A stretch of DNA of 64,000 bases, taken from the IMG/VR virus record IMGVR_UViG_3300010348_001013, positions 1,751 through 65,750 of that record; one strand, written 5' to 3'. Both the position numbers and the translations under genes were made by a program. The stretch is from a virus. The notes below the pieces were generated by a model. The model saw only the letters and a program-made list of their open reading frames with translations. It did not search any database and was not told the DNA's origin. This document shows, in pieces, positions 31,901-41,000 of the stretch (its first letter is position 1; every line of letters starts with the position of its first letter).

Positions 31901-33396
31901 TCCTGGTTAGTCCTTGTGGTTTTAACATTTCCATTAAAATAGTCATCCAAATCCATATAAAACAATGGAAATTGACTATTAGGAGTATGTACAACTATGC
32001 GTTTCTGTTTTCCAGCTTCTGTTAAAACATTATCATAATCAATAACAGTAGAAACAAATTGACCAATTGAAAGTAAATCATTATCGTTTAATTTATTCCA
32101 TACGTTTGTTCTTAATGGAGAAACTTCGCCAACCAAATGTGTAACAACTGGATCAAATAATTTTCTTCTTAATGCAATATAATTATCATTAAGTTTAACA
32201 GATCTATCACTAATTCTAAAAGTATCGTATAAGCGTTTTGTTTCTCTTAACACACTGTTAAGATACGGTTTTTTTATTGATCTAATAGTCGAGTTAATAT
32301 ATTCATCTGTAATAGCAGTTAAGTTATCTTTTTCTTCCTTTGTGCCAGCAAGTAAAGTAGCTATTATATATTGTGTATTATGATCAACGATAGTATTTAT
32401 AGAACGAACCATTTTTCTATCAGTATAAGATACATTGTGAAAAAACTTAGTTATTTCTTTTCTTATTGCTCTTCTTGCCATTTGTTGACTATAATGGTGG
32501 GTTTTAAGATATTCGCCTATCTTATCAACGATCAAATCAAAAGATTTAATGTTTGCCTGTTGTTCTACATTTCTTAGTTCTTTTACAACTCGTGTTAGAT
32601 TGTTTACGGTTTCAGCCGAATTGACGTTTAAATTATTCAAATTTTCTGGCGGGGTTGCCCCGGCATTTTTAAACGATGTATTTAATTGTGAAATAAATGA
32701 TCCTCTAGATTGTGATAGAAATTGTAGATCAATCGGAGATTCACTATGAATTTTTTCAACATATTGATATGCATTGTTTGTGGCTTTTAAATCTTCTGTT
32801 GAAAATTCTAATGCAAACTTAAGATATTCTTGTGGAATATCTTTCAAAAACTCCATATTTTTAGCTCTAGCCTCTTGTTTTATAACATTAATATAAGGCA
32901 CCGACAATCGTAGTAAAAGTGATGGATCAGCATAATATTTTTTTATTGCATCCTTAGATGAGAATACTTGAACATCTGATGTTTCCCTTAATTTATTTTT
33001 TATTAATTTCATTTCTTTATATACATAACTATTCTCAACTTTGTGCAAATTATTAACATAGTCAGACGTAAAATGTAATGAGCCTTCTGGTCTTGGTTTT
33101 AAAGTAATTGATGTTCTTAGTGCTTCTGATGCCGTTTGACTGTGCAAATTAGTAGCATTTTTACGTAAATCATATTCAAACTGATTATTACGGGACATTG
33201 TAAAGCGATATAGATTTTTTGTTCCATAATCAAGAACTTTTCTTACTGGACTAAGTAAAATTAATGAAGCAGCACCAATACGACCAATAGTCTGAATTGT
33301 AAATTTCTGTTTTCTTTCGTTTTCGTATTTGGAATATTCTTGATTTCTATTGATCAACGTATCTCTGTACAAATTGTAACTATCCAAATAGCTCAT
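25945..33396 (-). CDS. Giant single-chain two-barrel (beta'-like) RNA polymerase, probably virion-packaged, 2483 aa
   Basis: LSGKEG (aa ~1606-1611), VVSREPEH (R ~1798) and MHQDFDSDVMKVF (D 1838-1842) match beta' GKQG, NRAP and NADFDGDQMAVH in order. Confidence 0.75.
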   Translation of the reverse strand: MSYLDSYNLYRDTLINRNQEYSKYENERKQKFTIQTIGRIGAASLILLSPVRKVLDYGTKNLYRFTMSRNNQFEYDLRKNATNLHSQTASEALRTSITLKPRPEGSLHFTSDYVNNLHKVENSYVYKEMKLIKNKLRETSDVQVFSSKDAIKKYYADPSLLLRLSVPYINVIKQEARAKNMEFLKDIPQEYLKFALEFSTEDLKATNNAYQYVEKIHSESPIDLQFLSQSRGSFISQLNTSFKNAGATPPENLNNLNVNSAETVNNLTRVVKELRNVEQQANIKSFDLIVDKIGEYLKTHHYSQQMARRAIRKEITKFFHNVSYTDRKMVRSINTIVDHNTQYIIATLLAGTKEEKDNLTAITDEYINSTIRSIKKPYLNSVLRETKRLYDTFRISDRSVKLNDNYIALRRKLFDPVVTHLVGEVSPLRTNVWNKLNDNDLLSIGQFVSTVIDYDNVLTEAGKQKRIVVHTPNSQFPLFYMDLDDYFNGNVKTTRTNQETFVNSLINKFKTFYSNTLFKIASESVDDNGNIRITKKAQDLALQQIKLMRSQNGNAALQVTEDEINQYIASAIDFFRTQTFEFKYLNAKNDLNIPLMMTSPGDILANRQGRYTFRGAGKAKVSNKLAGNKGAFQFNAVQAGIEDTHFRYPSETQITSFGSLLNEKINKLLANLLNIANKTGQYDAKQINKLYEDTYNRLLESYGVMVENLITNINSPVQIFKTSEQIKTSSRFNKSLENQLILVQSIINKIKQYSGQNVLIGNDYYNMLTSMETALLNLQHLRNTKQLTNIESLYDSFQKFLSIGNVALQAGNRSITSFTIYKGSPEYFVGATPGSKPPGIKTAAYSESNFRTKSRSLFITPAELGHRSPAMLRGFSLFFPKISSSDSSTLSTQAYGISEGSIFLTAYGKRALKTEKPFHTITKSIELTYEQYANFYRQFAIGNKNIGESEYNEKLLKFINKEMNDSNGNTFDTITSINEINDIEGKRMILTVEGKKNLDKSIRISKYYYNPAYNEQTTKIFEKADPALKTQASIANGQFKEGYLLAFNNLSILAPTEFSLPIAKTAVPYVSIIQDSIRQPMQLATGLFNTLMEIIKDKLNSVNSSSKKIAVGDFNRMLKETYKLLFRDIFGINKKDYSDLISDINFVSNNGKEYFQIALRTSDPIILEQKYHLGDKFNNFLLELYREANSKNQPTPLIDKIISSSNKIIETNYPMYKNRIEITKSDIIRDLSSVPDNNVNQPIIMSNYPLAMAYAFPNGQMAFVADLAPIITTEEKYAIYSNQVAKNWSTVKSNRTKGAKLNQYNLFLSSFNMPNFFKYSISHMEDNFVFADRLQYNYATLFDEGLGNKISKLKVIKGLPVEIVDATKIIQNIFDKTAEIHNRIAVSSQTDTAIKYPNVESASENAANAKVMREATEFTNAFIERIRSSIQTNELNRQQISEGNILRLADEAINEQQRTATAFFEAIEQVYGSENIANKFTMLDLNAIQSPKTRITLSAGDKKFSGYMPLIPAYADKVLTTVSSGYDTHPRLNSLYQVQTRILLLKSARSELTNRINEINHKVSKGEPVNIDEINNLNTYNIMVGQIDKSLQQSMRDLTLEYVNGLSGKEGAPAMAMKVTSTSSIIPAYQFIDPAGFADDLEDSAKTSLNQYLYNAFKIIKNDKESSLETTKLVHAFNYLSDRTNYFKKNEIFSNGINHRTASYLLDVLDRITHPYNINGISVNSLVEQQLMREMLYNPLNKVFISEGAVRGITSTALESYTKALGLDIEQNTPALKKLVDLYVEYVKQRGALGVVSREPEHTTKSQLATVLTIGATKNMQIENIQPSNAIGKMMHQDFDSDVMKVFLSETEVLKTLLEASAEKKIDISKLDYNEFEKIILSAGQKDTVVKGNLEDVIYNNIKNFAFIPESKQNNTKAIYAPILDKYILTTKNRDQEIRSVSVKDYIRDLLITHAGYDPSDQTLDKKTTEILNSTLMKLGAETNIMSSHVNEMRIAIGIINLGKTSEEVENLRTKISNDILLQMGVTPETVNYDQILKNVNNVINGTLSEEAFQAYTNTKVIPPKVTLKLFNRLVTAQNLISDKFTIESIDAFYDVINNTAIDSKHGFLNFADGIMGKLNELGSVLNSINREKVDQVAKILKQIKDGDYKITLMDSRYNMTTDFQSKVISYINSKQASSRPTGYGKPRYRIGEREELTLRDFNDFYKAIIQEGTTRLKNGESGNINIDIGGISIALKDAIRIQAGLEHIKTKIGQPFQNIENANVLLESLDSGSDKFLSSLMLIERQLSNDERIKTVSRAEQGIRAVYPEEYLNYLSNEIDRIKDPKILNPDLTVPWINSALNFINNARKGGVVDLMSLFNKEKSEMINMKKVLPVASGAPAILTGAFLASSVLSLINGGSISPIKSIDNTSNLDYFDYGLHQEKNSLHKYKTRIQLVKPENTFKLAKHKEYSDQADLAFIGNQTKYYGNKLNKQAPASIFNT

Positions 33397-33490
33397 CTGT
33401 TAAATGCTCCATTAATCATCTATTGGGGATTTTATATTTCAATTCAGTTAATTATATAATAAAAGGTATTAAATGTCTTGTGTGTTTTGT

Positions 33491-33519
33491 TTTACAAATT
33501 TATCAATAAATGATAATAT
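33491..33519 (+). promoter_or_regulatory. Sigma70/sigmaA-type promoter
   Basis: TTTACA-N17-TAATAT with extended TG; SD AGGAG and ATG 33536 follow. Confidence 0.5.
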
Positions 33520-33535
33520 ATACTCAGGAGTAATC

Positions 33536-35047
33536 ATGAAAAACAAATATGTTAAAAAGAATTATTTAACATCGTCTTATTATGATTATAGAAACTATTT
33601 TAATAACGAATTGGATCCGATGCTTTCTGAAAATAATGTCATTGATTACATGAATACAATAGTTAATGGTGTGATCACTAAGAATGCTTTTGTAAAATTT
33701 CCTACAATGGCTTATATGATTCCAAGATTCTATCAAATTATGGATGTTACAAGACGAACAGGATTTGCTCCATCGGAAATAAGCGGTAATAAATTAGTAA
33801 ATTCCTATGGTAGAAATGTTGCAGCTAGAAATCGTGATTATGTTAATGATAGATTTGGCGGGGGGACATCGTCTGGACCTCGTATTAAATATCTAAATAA
33901 AATGGCAGCAATGGCAGTTGGTGCTAGAGCTATGAACAATATGATTGAATCGGATGCTTTTAGAGATCTATTATATAGAGATAAGAGTAATACCGAAATA
34001 ATTGCTGACAGTCTTAAACTTGCCGGGGGATTAACGGCGACAACATTAGCAGTAAGAGCTATTAATAATATTGAACCTATTTTGGGTGGATTATATAGTG
34101 GATTTTTACAAACTGTAAGTGAAACACCAATAGAAAATAGTTTTGAAGGTGCTATTGAAAGTGGATTGAAAGGTATAAGATCGATTCCTAATAAAGTAAC
34201 AAATGCTATGAATACTATAGCAAAGAAAAACTTGACAATAGATAATGAAATTGTTAAAGGATATCGTAGTGCTGTTTTAAGGCAAGAAATTCCAGAAACT
34301 GCTGAAATTCTTAGAAGAAATCAATATGAACTGAGAACTTTAGCAGATAAAACTATCGAAACAAGATATGGTGCCAATCCATTTAAGAAAGGAAAATATA
34401 ATAGAAATCTATTAAATGAAATGACAGATGATATATTTGAGAGAATACAAAAAGCCTCTGTTGGAAATACAGCAGAAGCAGCTTCTGAGAAAGTTGTGAC
34501 TAAATTATGGACAAGAATAAAAAACACAATATCTGATATTGCGGGGTTTAATATAGAAAAAACACCACTTGAAAGTGGAAATATTGCAAGAAAAAGTGAT
34601 GTAAAGAAAATAGTAAAAAGTGTTTTGGAATCAAGTAATGAGAAAGCTGTATCGGAATATGCAGAACCATTGAGAAAGAATATTGCCGGGAATTTTGAAG
34701 TCATAATGGATTATGAAAGATCTATTCTTACCAAACAAAGAAACGCTAAATTGTTAACATATGGAAAGAATTTATATTTGGGTGGTGTAGTTGCAAGTTC
34801 ATTTAGTAATTATATTTCTGATACAAGAAAAGCAAATAATTTTGTTAATGGAATACTTTCTGAAATGACAATGGGTTTTAGAAACGGTAATACTTTTGGA
34901 TCGAATAATCCATCTTTTTCGATGTCTTCAGAAGCTGCAATGTCAGAACGACAAAGAGCCATTACGGCAATACAAAATTCACATTTAAATGCCAGAGTTT
35001 ATATAGGACAAGAAGCAAAATTAAGATTTCAATCAGAAGGATTTTAA
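33536..35047 (+). CDS. Hypothetical basic helical protein, candidate internal virion protein, about 503 aa
   Basis: ATG 33536 with SD AGGAG is preferred over 33473. Ala/Gly-rich hydrophobic helices; C-terminal RQRAITAIQNSHLNAR..IGQEA segment. Confidence 0.6.
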   Translation: MKNKYVKKNYLTSSYYDYRNYFNNELDPMLSENNVIDYMNTIVNGVITKNAFVKFPTMAYMIPRFYQIMDVTRRTGFAPSEISGNKLVNSYGRNVAARNRDYVNDRFGGGTSSGPRIKYLNKMAAMAVGARAMNNMIESDAFRDLLYRDKSNTEIIADSLKLAGGLTATTLAVRAINNIEPILGGLYSGFLQTVSETPIENSFEGAIESGLKGIRSIPNKVTNAMNTIAKKNLTIDNEIVKGYRSAVLRQEIPETAEILRRNQYELRTLADKTIETRYGANPFKKGKYNRNLLNEMTDDIFERIQKASVGNTAEAASEKVVTKLWTRIKNTISDIAGFNIEKTPLESGNIARKSDVKKIVKSVLESSNEKAVSEYAEPLRKNIAGNFEVIMDYERSILTKQRNAKLLTYGKNLYLGGVVASSFSNYISDTRKANNFVNGILSEMTMGFRNGNTFGSNNPSFSMSSEAAMSERQRAITAIQNSHLNARVYIGQEAKLRFQSEGF

Positions 35048-38000
35048 AAACGAATCCAATTTAAGTTTGGTTGATATCTAAATTGTTGTTTACCAGCATA
35101 ATTGCTAAGTTCAAATATTGGAATATTTGGAACAGATGGATATTGAAAATATGAAGGAACATATTCATCAGAATATGCATATTGAATTGCATTGTTTTTA
35201 GTATTATACTCAAGTGCATTTCTATCAATATATCTATTAGTATTTGAATTAGTCGGTGTTAGATTTAAAACACTATCTCTAACTGCATTATATGTTAAGT
35301 AATTTCGTTCATTTTCATGTGATGTATAACGAGGAAGATTGAGATATACATCTGGTGCACTATTATATACCATGTCAGATTTAATTAAACTAAATGATCT
35401 AGGAAATGCATTTTTTGCATAACTTTTATTTGGATAATTTATATAATGTTCTTGCATAGCATTACTATTTATTGCGTCGGTCAATGTTGATAAAATAACT
35501 GGTGATTTATCAACTTTATTTATATGAATTGGCATTTGTTTATTAATATGGGCAGCTCTGTTTATATCTTTTTGTTCTACTTCTGTGATATTTTTTGAAA
35601 TAATTCCAGGTTCTTGTGATGCAACAATATCTATTAATTCGTATGGCGGATATCCTTTATCAGAAATTGCTTGTGACACTTCATGTGCGGCAACTAACAT
35701 ATTATCTGTTCTTATTTGTGAAGCATTAAAACTTGGAGTTGCTTCTCCTGGTTTTACTGATGCTACTTCTTGAACATTAACTGGTTCCATTGCCGATCCA
35801 TATCCAGTATAAAATTTTCTATTAATGACAGTATATATATTATCATGTCTCATTGTTTCTAAGTAATTATTATTTCTAGGATTGGCTGATACTTTCTTTA
35901 TATTTCTTCTTTTTCTTGGATGGTTTACCGCCAATTTTGCAATAAACCCAGTTGTAATTATTGCACCTGCGCCAACTCCAAAAAGAATAGCATTAGTAGG
36001 ATTATTGACAATATTATCCATAAACAATTTAGATAATTTTGTAATACCAGCAACTGTTTTGTTAACTAACTTCCTGGTTGCATACTGACCAAGAATCGCC
36101 TGTGATGCACCAACATTGCGTTTTAAACGAGCATTAGCACCAGAACCAAAATCACTAAAAAACATTCTATTAGCAATTGTCCATGTTGAAACATTGTGTG
36201 ATATGGCTTCAGGAACATATGTTCTTTCACGTTCCTGTTTTTTATAAGTATATGCTGCTTCTTTTTCAATGTCTTTTTGTTTTTGTTTATTGAACCATGA
36301 TTCACCTATTTTCATGGCACCTAAAAACAAGATACTCGGAACAGTACTAGCATATGTAGGCGATGCACTACGAATAATATCATTTATACTTGTATCTGCC
36401 ATTTGTTGTCGATATCCGCTTATAAAATGAGATGCCTTTAGTTCGTTATTGATGTTTTTAACTAATTTAATTCTCTCAGATTCAGATATATCGCCCTCGT
36501 CAGCAAGATCGTTCAATAATACGTTTGTTAGAATAGAAACATATGTGTCAAATGTCATATTTTTTGTTGGTGATTGTTTATCAATAATTCTGCTATCAAA
36601 AATACGTATAGATGTTTTTTGATTTAGTATTTTTTTATCTTTTTGAATCTTATCAAACTCAATTTGAAACCATTTTGAAGGTTTATATCGACTTTTGGAT
36701 GTTTTGTTAACTATACTAAATTGATATTTTTCTAGAATTTCGTCAATGACATTTTGTTCTAAATTAAACGATCCTAACACAGTTTGCCCAAATTTTCTCA
36801 TATATTCCAATTCTTGTTCCTGTGTTTTATATTTTTCATGTGTTTGATAAACTTCATTTAATGCACTTGCAATTATCGGAAATGCGGTACCTTTAGTTGT
36901 CTTGTTAAATTCAATAAATGCTGTATTTCTATTAAATTGTCCTGGTTTTTTTAATATATCGTGTCTAGTTTTTTGAACAGTTAAATATAGGTCTGTAATA
37001 TTACGATGTAAATCAAAATTACTGATTTCATCAATATGTTCACCAAATGAATTAGCAGCTGCCCTAATTAACTCTTCGTCTATTGTATCCCTGACATCAA
37101 AATGTGTTTCTCTATTGCTATTTTTAATTCCAAATGCATCGAGAAGAGAATAAAGATTTTGAACACTATATCCAGTGGAATATTTACTACCAACACTTAA
37201 ATTAAGTTGAGCTTCTTTAATTTTTGTATTAGATATGCCGACTTTTTTCATATAAGGCAAAAGATAATATGATGCCACTTTCATATTAGATGCTGAGCCA
37301 AATAATGCAGATGAAGTATTTAGTAAACTTGACATAATCTCAGATCTAATATCCCTTGATGGAATATTATAAGTTTTATCGAAACCTGCCAGGTTTGTTA
37401 ATGCTTTTTCGATGATATCGTTATCAAATCGACCAAATGATGATAGAATTAGTTTAGGTGCCCGGCCTATTTTTTGTTTTTCGCCATTAACAACATCTGT
37501 AAAAAAGATACTATTTAAAATATTGTTTATATTTTCTCTATGTAATTCTACATTTTTATATGCATTTTTATATTCATCGCTTTCGACATTTTGAATTTTA
37601 TTCAAGGCTGCCAATGCTTTATCAAGTTCTGCTTTTTCAGAATAAAACGATTTAATTGTTGCTACGGTTTCTCTTTGTAAAATATCAGCGAATTTATCTT
37701 TACTGCTATCTGTTTCTGGAATTGTCTTTGGATTTGATAAACTTTTTAAACTTGTCAATACTAAAAATTCCATTGATTTGTCGCCGGCTTTATTTAAAAT
37801 AATAGTACTTTTACTAATTGGATATGCTTTTGGAACAATATTCTGATCTAATGGATTTATTCCACTTTGTAAATCAGTCATTTTTTTAAGTGCATCTATT
37901 TCTGCCGGGGCTAATTTTCCTTGATTGCGTATTGCCTTTTCAACTAAATATTCTATTGCTTTTGAAAAATTATATGGTAATTCAATACTTGAATATCCTG

Positions 38001-41000
38001 TTTTGGAAACATATGATGTATTATAAGTAAAATTTGTTTTTTGATTAAATGCATCAAGTATATTTTCTCGACATACGTTATCTAACTCATTTAATTTAAA
38101 TAATGGATTTTTATCAGGAGGAGAATGTGCAGCAGCATATATTTGTTTAAAAGCAAACGCCGCAGATGTTTTATCTGTATGTTTGTTTTTCATTGTTGGG
38201 TTAATTAACATATTACTAGGTAAAATATACTTGTTAGCTACGTCTATACGATCGTTTTTATTTGGTGATACTAAAGTTTTAAAAAGGTTTTGGAAAAGAG
38301 ATTTTTGTTTATAAGTTACAGGAATACTAAATGATTGCTTTTGTTTTCCATTTAGAATTGAAACACCAAAATAAGCATTAGCAACATTACCTGTAATATT
38401 ATTAACATAACCAGTATCTTTTGTTGAAGACAACATTCCTTTTATTATTCTAGTATATTGTTCATATTCTGACTTATTTCTAGATAACTTAATTAAAGTA
38501 TTTTGAATAATATTAGAAGTATTATTAATAGCTTCAAACATTTCATGTAAATAAGGTTCACTAAATAATGTTGCTTCTGATAAACTAACCACTGAATATG
38601 GAATCTTTTTTGATGGATCGCCTGCAAATTTGGCATTATAATTGCGTCTTGTACTAGCGTTTCTATTAAGCATAAATCTTTCATATTTTTTATAATTTAA
38701 TGTGCGATCTTTATAATATCTTCTGTTAACATTTTCTATTGCTTTTGTATTGAGAATTGTAATTGTTTTGTTTCTATATTTATTAACGGTATAATTTTTT
38801 CTAGCAACATATTGTGGAACCGAATTCATCAATACTGGAGTGAATGTCATTGATATTACTTTATTAATGTTGGTATCACTCATATACAAATCTTCAGTCA
38901 ATGTTTCACTATCAACAATAACCTCTCTTCCATACATTATGTTATTTATTGATCTGAATCCACTTCCAACAGAAACAATTCCAATTTTAGATAAATCATT
39001 TGGACCAACATTAGAAGCACTAATATTGAAATTATCTTTATTATATGTTTGAAGAAATCTATTCAAATCACTGTAATCCATTCCGTCTTGCGAACCATGA
39101 TAGGTATCATAAACTATATAACTATTAGCTGTTTTCTTTATTATAAAATCAAATGAATTATTTGCATCATTTGAATCTTTAACAGTAATTCTTAAAAATG
39201 GTCTATTTTTACTCAATCCAATCTTTTGTATCTTATCTAATGTTAATTGAATTCTCTCATTATGCAGGGGCTTAATATTGTTTGGATCAAAAATTGCTCC
39301 ACCGCCCTTGTTATCTTGAGACGTCTTCTGAACATCGTTAATTTTCTTTAATGTAATAATTTCTTGAGGAATTGGTTGTGGTCGATTATTCGTAGAATAG
39401 ACACTTTGTCTGGCTATATTATATGCATCAACTGAAGGGATATAACCACCCTTTAAATTAGTTTGAAATCTTGATTGTTCAAATAATTTTAAAAGGGCAC
39501 TATTATTGTTTGCATTTTTTGCTTGTATTTTATTTTCTAAAGGTTTAATATATAATGAATTGAAATATTTATTTACATATCTTGTTAAATGTCTTGCTGC
39601 ACTATTACTTGAAATCCTTTTTTCAACTTCACTTGATTGTGATTGAATAATACTATCTACTATAATTTTAGCAATATTTTCAGGCGCAACCCCAACTTTA
39701 GCAAAGTTTTTCAACACAATTTTATTAGTTTTTAATTGATGTGTTAATTCTATTAGGTTTTCATTTGCAATTCTACTTGCTTTACCAATAACTCTTGATG
39801 TTACTTGATTTTCTATTGCTGTTATTATTTTCTCGTATTCTTCGGCAGTTAATTCAATTTTCTTGCCTTTATTAGTTCTTAGTAGGTTCTCATATAATGC
39901 ATCTAGAAATTCCGTTGTCGTCATTTTGTTTATATTCATTATAGACGACATTTTATTAATCAAAACATCTCTAGCACTATTATTTTTAATATCTTTTATC
40001 ATTGCTGCTGGGTCGTTATAAATGTTTTGAATAGCAGGTTTTTCGGTTTTCTTAAAATAACCTTGTGCTAGTTTGTTTTGAAGATCCTTGGCGACATTTA
40101 AATATTCCTCATTATATTTGTCAATGAATATATTTTTAACATTATCAACCACTTCAGAAATACGTGCAGTTAATGTATTATTGGCAACATTTAAACTATA
40201 TGTATTAGAATATACTCTATTATCTAAAAGATTATCAAGATCACGGATTGCCTTAGCAAATTCGTTTTTAATATTAATATCAAGACCATTATTTGATGTT
40301 AAAATCTTTGGAATATTTATAATTTCTTCTGTTGCTAAAATATTGTTATTAACTATTTTCATTCCAACAATATCATTAGCAATTTGGGATTTAATATTCT
40401 GAATAGATCTAGTTATATTGTCCAGATCTTTCTCTGACAATTTATTACCTTTTGCAATTATAAAATTATCATAAACTTTATTAATATTTTGTTGAATTTT
40501 AGCAATGGTATTTTTATAGACGGCATCAACATTATTATCTTGTTCTGTCAATAGAGACACAATATTATCTACGATTTCAATAACATCAGAATCCTTATAC
40601 CAATGATTTGAATTGTATTCTTTTGAAGTTTTTAAATTATTTATAGCATATTGAATATTATATAAGTGGTGATTTATATTATAAATAGTTCCGGCAAACG
40701 TGACATCTTTAACAACTCGTTTGTTATTCTGACCTATTGTAAATATAGATGAATCATTAAAAAACTTTGAAAGTGCATCTTCTAGAAGATAATAATATGT
40801 TAATATACTTCCATTATTGAATTTTGGATCAACAAATTTTGCTTTAACGGTTGTTTTATCAATATAAGTTAAACTTTCTTTAAATTCTTCTGTTGCTAAT
40901 TCAATATTATTATCAATTTTTGTTTTAATATTATCATATATTATATAAAGTTTATCAGTTAGGTTACGAAATTTAATAATTTTATAAGATTTACTTATTT

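Noticed and set aside
25945-33396. Tape measure protein call for the 2483-aa ORF
   Set aside because: Size and helicity fit, but the ordered RNAP catalytic motifs and the lack of periodic repeats favour a polymerase.
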